Program-made: the position numbers and the translations under genes | Assembly: GCA_013265495.1 (NCBI GenBank) | Contig: MU058531.1 | Location: forward strand, 1,736,911-1,800,910 | DNA length: 64,000 nt | Direction of reading: 5' to 3' | DNA from: Vicugna vicugna | Lineage: Eukaryota | Shown: piece after piece, positions 13,948 to 27,820 of the stretch | Numbering within the stretch: position 1 is the stretch's first letter | How the letters are laid out: each line of letters opens with the position of its first letter | Notes under the pieces: generated by a model | The model's database searches: none | Seen by the model: the letters and a program-made list of their open reading frames with translations, nothing else | Told to the model about the DNA's origin: nothing

Positions 13948-16044
13948 ACCAAGAGTATTAACTGGGATTTGGGAAACCTGAGATCAGATCTTAAATCTGT
14001 TACTGTTAAACTCTGTGGACCTAAGTGAAGTTTCTGGGCCATTCAGAAATCTGAGTGTTGCTTTAAATCTGAAGTTTTTTCTGTTATTTCCATTCTGAAG
14101 TTACAGTTCTAAAATTGTGTTGTTCTGAGAGGTCTGGAATTTGGGTATCTCATGTGGTAATATAATGGGTAATGACTAGGTGGTCAGGCCTTCCATATAA
14201 TAATATTGTGAATCTCTTTGGTTGTACATAGTTACATTCTAAACACTTGCAGTTAAAATATTGGGAAACAATAATGTTGTAACTGAGGAAACAGTGAAAT
14301 AAAGCTGAATAGTATTTTCATTTGTCCTGAATGTTGATACTTAAGGAAAATACAAATTGCGTTTGTTCAGCAGATGTTAACACTTCCTGTATATCAGGTC
14401 CTTGTTATAAAAGATGAATTGTTTTAGGTTTCAAAACTACTTTAAGTTCATTGTTAAACTGAGGGAATGATGTATCCTGGGGTCAGAAGCATCCTATAAT
14501 TGAAGACCTGGCCGTACAACTGGGGTTAAAAATAAACCTCCATTAGCAAAAATGAGGGAAGTTTTAGGGAAGAGTGTATGCTAGCCGGGATAAGGTCCAT
14601 CCCTTGAAGAAAAAAAAGAGAGAGCTTTGTAAATTAGGTGATTGAAGCTAAGGAATGCTTTAAACTAGAACTCTGGAATAGAACTGATTAAAAGTAAATG
14701 CTCTTTCTTTGCCTGGTAGGAACCAGGGCAAAATGTTTAACATGGGAGATAGTCTTGGATATTTCTAGTATAGAAGACAAAATTTCAGTATAGAAGACAA
14801 AATTTTATAAGATGAAGAGGAGGGACACTTTATGGCTCCCTGGAATGTTAGTATAAAGTGGAACTAAATTCCTCTGTTGTGGACTGCCATCATGACTACT
14901 AGGAAACACTGCAGATCTGGTAGGATAGCAGTTAAGTCTGTGTTGAAAGGCTCAGGAAACAGTGAGGGAGACTGATACACTGCCTCCAAGTGTCAGAGGT
15001 ACATATCTCCATACCACCTCTGGTCCTCTGGTCATGCTGGTAACATCCAGCTACGATTGGGTAGTAACTTTCATTCTTACATGGAAGAGAAATGTTACAA
15101 CACGGAATGACTGTGTCTGACCTAACACATCAGGGTCACTTTCCTCCATAAAGTTACCACATTCCTCATCTCCGTTTGAAGCCAGTATTCTATACCTATA
15201 TTGTACTCAGTATGTAAACTGGAACCAGTGGCAAGCTTCTGACAGTCTCTCATCTAGCTGACTTAACAGCCTTAGCTGTCATTCTGTGTATCAAGTCAGT
15301 AGGTTACTTGTCCTGATCTTTCAGCACTGATGTCTTCTTGGGGCTGCCCAAAGATGCCTTAGTCAGACATTTGTCACAGTCTTTATTCTGTAAAATATTC
15401 TCTTCTGTATGGTCTCCATACTTCCTATAGATTTTGTAATTCAGCCAAACCTAAAAGGTTTTATGAGAGTTTGGCATATTGGTGGTAGTCGTATTATTCA
15501 GACCAGAGCAGTGCTTTTAATCTCCATAGGCAAAACACCATGCATTTACCCAGTAGTAAAGGACTTGAGCCCTACCTGGGAAAACGGTGGCACTTTGGAG
15601 ATTTTACAGAGATTAAAGGAGAGTTGTGTTACAGACAGAACAAAGAAATTAGAAAATTCTGTATAAGATTCCATTTTAAAAGCTTTTATGAGAGTAAAGA
15701 TACAAAAATAAGTATGATTTCCATGACTGTTGACATTCAGAAGACATGACAAATTTATTGCTAAATTAAAAACTCTATTAATGGGTTATAATAAGCATTC
15801 CATAGTTAGTAAACTTTATGCCTTCTCATTCTAGAATGATTTAAAATTACCTGAGACCATGCAGGTTTCTGTCATGATTCTTCCTCATTTTTACAAAAAG
15901 TAAAGAAACTAAATGCTTGAAAGGGCTGCCTAGTTAGTAAAGGAAATAATTTGAAGAAGAAAACATTGACAAATAAAAGATAAAGACCAGGAAGATTTTG
16001 TGAACTATTCTCACAAAAACCTTAGGACTTAGGTCAAAAATTAG

Positions 16045-16300
16045 TAATCTAAATACAGTGTGGTATTCTTGTTTGCATCCTGGAAAAGAAAAAGGACATT
16101 AATGGGGAAAACTGGTGAAATCCAAATAAAGTCTATAATTAATTTTGACAGGTGTACTATGGGTGTATAAAATGGGAACATTAAAGGAACATTAATGTTC
16201 CTGATAGTAACATTAGGAAGTTGAGTGAAGGGTACACAGGAACCCTCTGTGCTCTCAGCCTTCCTGTAAATCTAAATTATTCCAAAATAAAAAGTTTTTT
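16045..16300 (+). mobile_element. L1MC-like 3' end fragment
   Basis: GAAAAAGGACATTAATGGGGAAAACTGGTGAAATCCAAATAAAGTCT...TGTAAATCTAAATTATTCCAAAATAAAAAGTT. Confidence 0.65.
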
Positions 16301-16324
16301 TAAATGGTAGTAAGCATCCAATAA

Positions 16325-16600
<276 letters not shown>

Positions 16601-17313
16601 TAACTCTTTACCACCTGGAAAACTTCTGAAATCAGCATTTTAGGTACACTATCTTTGTAAACTTTAATTCTAATAATTTGGTTCAGCACTACAATTAATA
16701 CTAACACAAAATTCTGTTGGAGAAAAGATGGCTAATATTCTCCTCTTCAGGAAGGCAATAGCAAAGCCCAGTATCTTAGATAAAACCCAGAATATGTGGT
16801 GCTACTTATCTAGGAAATTTTTTTCTAGCTTTCTTTTCACGAAACTCTTGGATTCACTAAAATCTTTGAATAGTGCCTTACACTGAAGAACGCTATACCC
16901 TATGTTTGTGAGTTGAGCACAGAGATACAAAGTGGAGTGAGATTTAGTTCTAAAGCTCAAGAAACTCCAACTCAGTGAAATACAAATTGTGCTTTATTAG
17001 AACAAAACAAATGGGAACAAATAAGTCATTAGGGTTTTTTTAGTATGTTTGGCTCACCCATGCATCTGTTTGTTTCTTTTTCTTCCTTTAGTTTGCATTA
17101 TATAATTTTCACCTATATACATTTTCAGATTGTACTAGCTAATAGCTATCTTTAGAAAATAGTACTTGTGAACTTACAAAACTCATTCCTTAAACAGCAG
17201 AAATATTAGAAACCCATTTTGTATTCTCAAAAGTAGAATCATATGCATCAAGAACAATAATCAGAAAAGATATAAAAGCTAATGTACATATATTTGAAAT
17301 ATTTTCTCATCAG

Positions 17314-17388
17314 ATGCAAAGTACAGTCCGAGAGCACAGAGACGGAGGTCATGCAGGTGGAATCTTCAACAGATACAATATTCTCAAG
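17314..17388 (+). CDS. TNKS2: Tankyrase-2 exon 23 (PARP domain)
   Basis: [28 protein letters not shown] / GTAATA. Confidence 0.95.
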
Positions 17389-18295
17389 GTAATAAGCTGA
17401 TGAAAATAAAGTTTGCTGAGAACATAGTTTTCAAAGCCTAAAGCCATGATTATATTCTTTCATAAGAATATAATGATCTGCCCATCCCAATAAGTCTTTC
17501 ATGTGGCCCCAGGGGATATTTTGGGAAAGAATATGTCTTTGGAAGGTTAAGATCCTCAGATCCCTGTACTGTTTTCATAACCACTAATTCATCTTCTGTT
17601 GAGCATATTTAAGTTTAAGGATTATGCTTTATCTTGGGGTAAAGAAAAATCCTGTAGGTTTAGGGCTTTAAATATATATACACTATTATTAATATATAAA
17701 CTGCTATTGTAACCAAGTTGAATTTTTTTGTGGCTCATGGGAGGACTTCGGTCTTTATAGTTACACTGTAACTATTTATGGTTTGCTTGTTTTTTTAATT
17801 TTTCCTAATTGTGGTTACTCCAGGTGTCTGTGATTCCCCATATATACCATTTTTTGTAATTTTATTGCTCCCTCTATACCTTCTATCTTTTCCAAAAGCA
17901 GTCTTTAAAAATGTTTTAAAGGAAGTCCTGTCTCTTATTGGTATCAGTTACTCTTCTCAGGACTTTTTCCAGCTTTGCTTGTTTTTCTGAGCTATATAGC
18001 AAACAAAACTGCATATTCTACTTGAGATGTATAATGATTTTGTATTAACTACATTGATAAACTCTTAATAATTGTAAATATAACACTTACAGTTAGAATT
18101 ATAATGTGGCAAATACCTTTCTAATACCTAAATTTTAAACTCAAAAGTTAACAATGTCAAATCTTTCAGCCATGTTGTATTACTCTTTCACAATAATACA
18201 CTGTTATGATTATAATAATAGATGTCATATTTTAGAGTTAGTGAATTCTAAATCTGTTTGTCAAGATTGTTATGTTCATACTATTAGAAATAAGA

Positions 18296-18457
18296 TTTAC
18301 TTTGTTTTGTTTTGTTTTGTTTGGTGGAGAAGGGGGAGGTAATTAGGTTTATATATTTATATTTATTTGTGTATAGAGGAGGTACTAGGGATTGAACCCA
18401 GGACCTCAATGCATGCTAAGCATGTGCTTTACCGCTTGAGCTATGTACCCTCCCCCC
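18296..18457 (-). mobile_element. vic-1-like SINE
   Basis: Same consensus; TSD AGAAATAAGA at 18286-18295 and 18458-18467. Confidence 0.88.
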
Positions 18458-19321
18458 AGAAATAAGAGGTAAAACAAGCACACATTATTCAGGTATAGGG
18501 TCATTCTTCTGGGAGTTGTATTTTATTAGGTCATATCATAGTATGATATAAGAGGACATCTTGAGATTTCTATTCATGGACATATATGTAATAATTTTTA
18601 ATAAGATAAATAATTATGCCTACTACAGGCAAATTTCAGTCAAGCAACTTTGTAGGCAGTAACAAACAATGTGTAGAGGTTTGTTAAGGGTGAGGGCAGG
18701 AGAGAGGAAATGTATTTGATATCCACAGTATTGAATTTGGGAAAGATAACGCTGTTTTCTTCCTTTATAAAATGTTTTAATGCAGTATTTAATGAAAATT
18801 TTTTCAATGATAAAACTTTTTTTTTTTTTAACACTCATGAGAGCTCTTTATGCTAGTTATGTTCCTTGGTTGTGTCTGTGGTAGTATTCTGAGTTAATTT
18901 GAACCAAGACTGAAACCACCAGCTCCCAGATGTGTTGTAGGACCAGGAGGGGGCTGAAGCACTTTACATACAGCTAAGAAACAACAGTAGGATTGTGAGT
19001 TTTGATCCTGGAAATACTCCTAATGAAACCAAATCCATCTTTAACTCTCCTCCAGACAAAAATCTTAGGAATGGAAGGATAGGAAAGGGTCGAGGAAGTT
19101 AGTAGTAGGTGGGAATGGTGGGGGTGAGGGGGTGGTTATTTCAGATATTTTTAATTAAAAACAGATAACGATGGTACTTTGAGCCAGATAAAGCAGAAGG
19201 GTGGGAAAGATACCATTGTCTGTCTAATACTTCTCTACAGAACTCAGCATGTCTGATTTGGAGATGTTTAGTAATAATTCTAAAACAGTGAGAAATGTTT
19301 TAATCAATTAACAGTACTCTT

Positions 19322-19494
19322 AGATAAGCAATAACATCCTATTCTGTCAGTACTCTTAGAGCACAGGGAACTATATTCAGTAACATGTAATAACCTAAAA
19401 TGAAAAAGAATTTATATGTATAACTGAATCACTGTACTCTACACCAGAAACTAACACAACATGTAAATCAGCTGTACTTCAATTAAAAACAAAA
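19322..19494 (+). mobile_element. 5'-truncated L1 3' end
   Basis: GCACAGGGAACTATATTCA...ACTGAATCACT...ACACCAGAAACTAACACAACAT...; flanked by AACAGTACTCTT copies. Confidence 0.8.
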
Positions 19495-19751
19495 CAGTAC
19501 TCTTGACCTTTATATATGGCCATATGTAGCTTTTTTCCCCTTTGTAGCTTTTTATTTCCAAAATGTAATTATATTTTCATCTTTATGGTTAGGACACAGT
19601 TTTTTAGTTGACTAAAAATAACATATAATTTATATTTCAGAGAAAAGTTTTGCCTCTCTTCTGGCCATATGTGTAGCCCATTCTTGGTGAAGATTAACAA
19701 GTAGCTAAGTAATTATTATGACCTAAAGATTTTATTTTTCTGATTTCTTAG

Positions 19752-19925
<174 letters not shown>

Positions 19926-20020
19926 TAATAATGTATTTGTATGTTCCTCATGTCATTTTAAAAAAATAAACATTATTTCTGTAAATTTTTACATTTACAT
20001 TTATATTTTCAACCTCTTTT

Positions 20021-20141
20021 TTCAACAGGGGGGAAGTAATTTAGATTTACTTATTTATTTTTAATGGAGGTACTGGGAATTGAACCCAGGACCTTACACA
20101 TGCTAGGCATGCACTCTGCCACTGAACTGTACCCTCCCCCC
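20021..20141 (-). mobile_element. vic-1-like SINE
   Basis: Same consensus; TSD CAACC(T/A)CTTTT at 20010-20020 and 20142-20152. Confidence 0.85.
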
Positions 20142-21663
20142 CAACCACTTTTGAAATCGCATATTTTACAATGGACAGTTTATAAGTAGAATTATCTTAA
20201 TGGGAAGAGTATAGAAATGAGAATATTGACTATTAATATTTTCCCTTATAGAATAGATTTTATTATGATCATTCTGAAAAATGGTGTTTTATTTTTAACT
20301 GGTTGATTGAATTAAAATTAAAAATAAGATCTGAAATTCACCTCAGAAGAATATATACATCCTGTTCTGACTTTGATTCTAAATGTCAAGGCTACATTTA
20401 ACTTCAGTTAAAAGCCACTGTCATTGAATCTATGGAGTTTTCTGAGAACTTCTGTTGAACTGAGAGCACCATTACTTGTCATTCTTGAAATTTCCTGTTT
20501 ATGTTGCAGTTTGGCAGGGTTGATTGATCTTTAAAGTTTATAGCAAAAATGAGTGTAGATATTAATAGTGTTTATCAAGTCTTCAAAAACATTATCTGTT
20601 ATAGCTTCAGCCTGTTTCTTCATTTGGCTTAGATTGCAGAAAATTTTTAGAGACTGGTAAAGTTCTATAAAACACAGCATTTAAATTTCACAGTCCCCTG
20701 GAAGAATGGCTATAGCAGACTGAACTGGTATGTAATATCTAAATGGTACTTCTTCCAAAACCCTAAAATCATCATGGTATTCTCTTGGCACAGAGCATAT
20801 TTATGTATCGACTTGATGGTCGTAATGAATGACTTTTTTCTAGTTTAAAATAGAAATGGACTTGGTTTTTCCAAATTAATTCAAATAAGTTATTCTGTTC
20901 TTCAGTATTTCTGTAAAGTGGAATTCAGTGTATTTTCTTGTCCCTTTATGAACAGGGACACTGACTGATCTTGATGAATCAGTTAGCTGTGTTGTATTTG
21001 CTTTTCCCAGCCCCCACTCTCGCCCCATTCCCTGGCCTGGTTCCTGTGCTCAGTACCTCTTCCTCTTTGGCTAAGCTCCATCTTGGCACACATGTGAGGA
21101 AGGAGGAGAAAGAAGTTAATATGTAAAAAATGAAAGGACACACTACATTTACAGACGGAATCTGGTATTAGCAAGTGATAAAAGGCAGAGAAGTGGACGG
21201 ATAGGAGAGGAGAGGTATAAAGAAAAGAATGAACATGGAAAGATCACTTGGCCACTTTTGACATCTAGAGAAAGCACACAGATGTGGATGTCACTGCGTG
21301 GCCTAATTGCATTCAGCTTTGCCATACAAGGTGAATTATGAGAGTCTTGGTTCTGGATTTGTATGAATTTGGAACCTGGAATTTGATAAAGCTAGCATTG
21401 ATATTTTAGGTGTTCTGTTCATTTTTCTAGTTGAATCTGTATGTGTTCTTATTTTGGCATCTGCACCACCACCCTATTAGAAAATTCATTGATTCTAGGA
21501 ACTCTTCTAAAATAACTAATTTATTCTCAAGTAGTGAGCCGGCTGACAGTTAACTTGTTATATCCTTCTGTTTTGATTCTGCTCTATTGTGGTGGTGGTG
21601 TATGTATGTTGAATAATTTCACTTTAAGAGACTTTAGTTTTTGTTGTTTTTCTCCTAAGATAA

Positions 21664-21870
<207 letters not shown>

Positions 21871-22579
21871 TAAGAAATCACTTATTCTCATTTACTTTTA
21901 TAAGAATCAGATAAGAACTGGCTTTATACTTGACATTTTCAAGGCAAGGCATTATCTCGGACAACTTTACGAATCCAAGCTAGGCATGTTTCATGTTGCT
22001 TTTGGCCCTCTCACCAGTTATAATAATATCTAATATTTATTTAATGATCTGTATGGGCCAAGCACAGTTATAAGCACTCGATCTATTCAACTCATTTAAT
22101 CATTAGAGCACATGGTGCTTTAAAGAATATGAAGTAGAAAATATCAGTGAGCATAAAAGAGATTTTATTGTGGCTCTTGAATATTATAGGACTCTGGCCT
22201 CTGAAAGTCTAATATTCAGATAGTAAGATGGTATTACTTGCTACACCTAATCATTTCATGGCAATGCACGAGGGAGTCTCTCTCCCACCGTGGTATGATC
22301 TTAATCCTCAGTTTGTCATATCATTACTTGAAAAGTTACAATAAAATACATCAGTCCCTTCAGAAGGCACCATATTATCAAAGAACTACTTTATACTTTT
22401 TTCCCCTACTTTTAGTTACCCTGGTCTAACTCAGTTGTTAAAATCATTCAGATAACTTGGCCCTAATTGATAAAATGCTCATAGGTAAATAAATTACCTT
22501 TTGCCATTGGAAAAATAAGCAAGATCAATTACTGAGATTTATTTTGTAGTTAGAGCACTACTTATAAAGACCTAGAACA

Positions 22580-22935
22580 GTAGCTGTCTAACATTAGCAA
22601 GCTCACAACCACCTGTAGAGCTTGTTAAAACAAATTCCTAGGCCATGCCCCATGAGTTGTTGACTTTGGTAGGTCTGGGCTGGGGCCCTAGAACTTGAAT
22701 TTCTACTGAGTTCCCAGGTCCTGCTGAAGCTTCTAATCACTTACCTAGAAGCCCTAGGGCAGTAGTTCTCAGTTTGGGCAGCACATTGGAATTACCTGGG
22801 AAGCTTTAAAAACTATTCATGCCTGTGTCCCACCCTCAGAGATACTCATTTAATCGGTCTGGGGTGTAGTGTGGGCACTGGGATTTTTAAAAGCTTCCCA
22901 GCTGAATTTGAAAGGTTGTCAAGGTGAAGGACTGT
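22580..22935. mobile_element. Two adjacent MER5A-like MITEs
   Basis: CACCTGTAGAGCTTGTTAAAA...GTAGGTCTGGG..TGGGGCC and GCAGTAGTTCTCA...GGAATTACCTGGGAAGCTTTAAAAA. Confidence 0.7.
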
Positions 22936-23489
22936 AGTCCTGAAGGGAAACAGACTGTTTATATTTTGTGCTTATTGTTTTCCCCCTTAATTTAGACTCA
23001 CATAGGTGTCTATAAAGTCAGCCTTGCTAGGTGTGACCTCCTGCCCACTTCTATTTTAGATCATAAGTTGGGCTGGTTAGGGGGCTTGTAAGTTTTTAAG
23101 ATTCTGTAAATTGAACACTGCTGTTTTCACTTGTCATATATTCTTTGGAGGTTAAATTGTTCTGATTATTAGTAGTAAGTAGTGTTCTAGTACCACTTCG
23201 CACTGTCATTGGAACATAATGCTTGGTTGTCTGGAAATAAGTTTTATTAACTTAAGATTTCTCTATGCTGGATTATCATGGGACTGATTGTGACTATAAT
23301 GGAGAGTCTATTAGCCATGCAAAGGTGGTTTCTGGAAGACATATTTAGAATAAAAATTATATAGCCTGTCTTTGGAGACAGAATCATCAGTCCACCAGAT
23401 CTCCTGTTACCTATAGAAACAATCAGGTAATTTTTGTAAAAAATTCATTGACCAATCATAAGCCTGTGGGGAATGGGGGAGTAATACTT

Positions 23490-24015
23490 AAACCTCTGGT
23501 GAGGGAAGACCTATTTGAAGAAGTAACCTTTTAGCTGAAACCTGAAAAATGAATGTTAATCGGTTGAAGAGTGGTAGAATACATACCATTCCGGATGGTA
23601 GAGGAAATAGTACGTATGGTGGCCATGGGGTAAGAAAGTTTGGCCTGTGAGAAGGAAAAAACTAATATGCCTGGGCATAATGAACACAAAGTACAATTCA
23701 GGGATTTGGAGCCATTGTAAGGAATTTGGATTTTCTTCTAGGCACAGTGAGCAGCCTCTAAAAGGTTTTAAACAGAAAAGTAACGTGATCTCATTTATGG
23801 TTTTTGAGTTTTGTTGCTTTTCCCTAAATCGCTGGTTGCTTGGATGGAAAATAGTTTAACAGGAGTTAGAATAGAAACAGAAAGACAAGTTTAAAAGCCA
23901 TTGTTCTAGTCCAGGTGAAAATTCTGGTGATGTGGACTTAATGGTGACAGTAGAATTAAGAGAATGGATTTCAGACATATTTTGACAGTGGAATTAACAG
24001 GACTTACTTGGATAA
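23490..24015 (-). mobile_element. L2 fragment
   Basis: GCCATTGTAAGGAATTTGGATTTTCTTCT...AGCCTCTAAAAGGTTTTAAACAG...ATGGATTTCAGACATATTTTG, typical antisense L2. Confidence 0.65.
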
Positions 24016-24370
24016 ATGTCCATCTTTGTAAGGCACTTCATGGAAGCCCCTTAAACTTCCTCCTCCCTCCCACTTGGGCTGTGATTTGTGCTTTTGCTGA
24101 GATACAAACAGGATGGCAGAGCCTGCATCTCTGTGAGATTATTACATCTCTGTAAGATATTATTTTATAGTTAAAATAGGGATTAATTAAAGTGACAAAT
24201 TCTTTCATTAGTGAGAGTAGTAGAAGACATTCTTACAAAGTTTTTTAAGGGTGAAATGATAAAAACAATTATAAGCATTTATGTAGAAATGCATTTAAAA
24301 ATCTTATACATTGTATGTACATGAAGAAGATTGTCATGTACTGCTTTGTCTTCCTTTTTACATGTTACAG

Positions 24371-24527
24371 GCAGCTGCTCTTTTGCCGGGTAACCTTAGG
24401 AAAGTCTTTCCTGCAGTTCAGTGCAATGAAAATGGCACATTCTCCTCCAGGACATCACTCAGTCACTGGTAGACCCAGTGTAAATGGCCTAGCATTAGCG
24501 GAATATGTTATCTACAGAGGAGAACAG
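24371..24527 (+). CDS. TNKS2: Tankyrase-2 exon 26 (PARP domain, catalytic Glu)
   Basis: [55 protein letters not shown] / GTAATT. Confidence 0.96.
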
Positions 24528-24627
24528 GTAATTCAGTTTTACTTGTTCATCTTCAAAAATGCTTTAGAGCCATACCTCTTACTAGTCTTTTAAACTGGCA
24601 ATGCATATGACCTTAAAAACTGGATTT

Positions 24628-24960
24628 GTTTTTAGCTTTTATTTGGAAATTATTTCAGACTTACAGAAAAGTTGCAAAAATTGTGAAGAGAATTCCCTTA
24701 TACACTTTACCGATGTCTTGCAAATGTTAACATTTAAGCATTCTCTCTCTTGGTCTCCTTTATCATTCTCTCTCCCCCCCCCATTTTTTATTCTGAACTG
24801 CTTGGAAGTAAGTTATAGGCATGTTTCTCTACCTTTAAATACGTCAATGTGTATTTCTTAAAAATAAGGGCATTCTCTTAAAATTGTCAAAATCAGGAAA
24901 ATACTGTTAATATAATATTATATCTAACCTACAGACTTTATTCAGATTTTGTCAGTTATA
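24628..24960 (-). mobile_element. L1MC-like 3' end fragment
   Basis: TTATTTGGAAATTATTTCAGACTTACAGAAAAGTTGCAAAAA...AAATAAGGGCATTCTCTTA. Confidence 0.7.
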
Positions 24961-25351
24961 CTGGATCTTTTTTTTTTTAGCTTCTGTAAAGTATAATTAA
25001 TCAGAATCCTATATAACTTAATAGTTAACCTCTCTGTAGCAAAGAAATATGTAATTCCCTCCTGCTGTTAGTGACAGATCCAGTCAGAAGCATCTCTAGA
25101 GCAGTTTCTGAACTGGGGATATGTATCAGACTCAGCTCATTTACTAAAAGCAGACAAACACGTGCTTAGTACTCATCCTTGACCTGCTGTTCAGAATCTA
25201 ACGGATTGGAGTCAAGGTAAGGTTGTTTGCAGAAAATGCCCTTTGACAATACTGAGCCACAGCACTAATTTAGAAGATTAGGAATCCTTGTAAGAGATCT
25301 CCTTTCAAAAAAATTTGTTTACCAGTATTTGAATTAATCTTTCTCTTCCAG

Positions 25352-25414
25352 GCTTATCCTGAATATTTAATTACTTACCAGATTGTAAGACCTGAAGGTA
25401 TGGTTGATGGATAA
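25352..25414 (+). CDS. TNKS2: Tankyrase-2 terminal coding exon 27
   Basis: AYPEYLITYQIVRPEGMVDG then TAA (25412-25414); the short ...PEGMVDG C-terminus identifies TNKS2 rather than TNKS1. Confidence 0.96.
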   Translation, partial: AYPEYLITYQIVRPEGMVDG

Positions 25415-27820
25415 ATAGTTGTTTTAGGAAACTAACACCACCGAACCTAAAATCATCTAAGCAGCTGGTGGCCTCGTAAGTTTTACTCCTGAGAAAAATC
25501 ATCTGGTCCACAAGCTTGTGGCAAAAGGACAAAAAAATGTGAAAGAGTTTTAACATTCTGACTTGATAAAGCTTTAATAATGTACAGTGTTTTCTAAATA
25601 TTTCCTGTTTTTCAGCACTTTAACAGATACCATTCCAGGTTAAACTGGGTTTGTCTGTACTAAATTATAAACAGAGTTAACTTGAATCTTTTATACATTA
25701 TGCATTGATTCTAACAGAAACTGTAATTCCCCTCAACAGAACTCATTTTACTAATATAGTACTGTGTTCTTTAAAACACAGCATTTACACTGAATACAGT
25801 TTCATTTGTAAAACTGTAAATAAGAGCTTTTGTACTAGCCCAATATTTATTTACATTGCTTTGTAATATAAATCTACTGTTTTAGAACTGCAGCGGTTTA
25901 CAGATGTTTTTCATATGGACTGCTCATCTGTACTTCATCTTGTTGCATCATCATGATTGAGTGATCTTTTACATTTGATTCCAGAGGCTATGTTGAGTTG
26001 TTAGCAGAGACTTTGTCAGTTGGGAAAGATTGATTTATCAGATTTTATTTGCTGATGAAAGCATTTATCTCTCATAAGACATCTTTCCCATTTAAGAACT
26101 TGGTTCCTGAATACTCTGGGAATTTATAATTTGTGATAACTTTGTACGTATAACGCACATTCCAAAGAGCTCTAACTATGATGGTCCGGATTATTAAAGA
26201 CACTTCTTTATTGGCCTCAAACTCAAGTTTTCACATTGGAAAATTTTCTCATGTCCTTTTGTGAAAATTAGAGCAAGTACTTCTATATTTTAGAGAGGCT
26301 AACTTCTGCCACTGAACAATTAAAATGTTCTTTTCATGAAATTTAAATAGGAAGTTGAATTTCAGAGATGGAAAGGGTAATCTTGAAATTTTTCCAGTAT
26401 GTTCTAATTACCTGAAATCTAAAGGGGAAATAAAAGTAGCAAATGGGAGTAGGTAGTTTTTTCTCCTAAGTATTTTCTCCCTGTTCTTTTCCTCTGGTCT
26501 TACTGTTATACTGGCAGCCAGTATACACCATAGATAAGCTTAGCCCACAACCGTGTGATGCAGGTGTCCCAGTTCTCTCCTGACCTCCTGAATGGGCAGG
26601 TGCAGTGAGATGGGTGCTTCTGCTCCTGGGTTGCCTCATCATAATGTTACTCCCAATTGGAAATACACTTTGTTTATGCACCACCTGGTGACCGGGCTTG
26701 TTTGGCAGCTGTTGGAGGGGAATGCTATCCCATAAAATGCCATTCCTATTTTTTAGCGTAAAGCTATCTTTTCTATGAAGCATGCTAAAGCATCTTGGTA
26801 CAGAGACATGAGTTGCAGCTTGGCAGTCTACTTATTGACTCTGGTTCCCTCAGAAGGCTGTCCAAGATTGTTATTACCCTCTTAAGTCTTTGTTAATGAG
26901 GATGTTCCCTTTCACTCTCTGTACCAGTTCAGGTTTGTTTTACATTTTATTTGGTCTCTAAATTAACTGGGCCTTTGCAGTAACTTGTACATAAAGTGCT
27001 AGAAAATCATGTTTCTTGTCTTGAGTAAGAGTTAATCACAGCAAATGCATATCTGCAGTTGTTTCTATGATATAAATTGTGATCATTATTTAAGAGGTCA
27101 ATTCCTGACCATGAAGTGCTTTTTATATAGCTCTCTAATAATTGCAAATGTGATCCTAAAGTCATTTATTGGAACATAAATGGAGAATGCCAAATTTTAT
27201 ATAATTTTTCAGGTTCTGGAAGCTTCCAGATTTTTTAATTAGAAGATAATGAAATGAATTAATGGAGTTTATATTTGCATACCTTATCTCTCAACATTTA
27301 GCCCATATTTCTCACCCTATGAGTGAATCTGGAATTGCTTGTCATGTAAAGTCGTCATGGTCTATGAGTTTACAATATTGCAGCCTGTGTTGTTTCATCT
27401 AATCCTTTGCTTAATTAGTGTGTTGTTTTTCTATGAATGATTATATTGTGGGTAATAAGTTAGCATGACAATATTTCGGATAGCTTTTTGTTTGTTAGGA
27501 GCTTGGGGGGGTTGGGGGGCTGGGGATTTCTTTGAAGTTTTTGCATGAAATATCTTACTTTATAATGATGGAATTGCTTTTTCTTTTGTCTTGTAATTTT
27601 TTTTGAAGAGATTTAACTTTTTGTGTGAGTAGTACTATTATATCCATCTTGAGTGTCTTACTTGTACTGTATCACATTCCATACCCTCATTTACTTCTTA
27701 ATAAACTGTTCACTTGTTTTTCTGGGTAGCATGGTAATTACTGGAATAATATAAATGTGTTGAATGGTCCTTGAGAAAATGGATTAAGATTACAATAAAC
27801 CACAATTGTAGGAAAACAAT
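25415..27820 (+). other. TNKS2: TNKS2 3'UTR (3' end approximate)
   Basis: AU-rich sequence with no recognisable repeats from the stop codon to AATAAA signals at 27700 and 27794. Confidence 0.75.
27700..27799 (+). terminator. TNKS2 tandem polyadenylation signals
   Basis: AATAAA at 27700-27705 (followed by GT/T-rich sequence) and 27794-27799. Confidence 0.7.

Noticed and set aside
14450..15400. Possible processed pseudogene or ancient element in intron 21
   Set aside because: Composition differs from the flanks but I found no recognisable reading frame, tail or TSD
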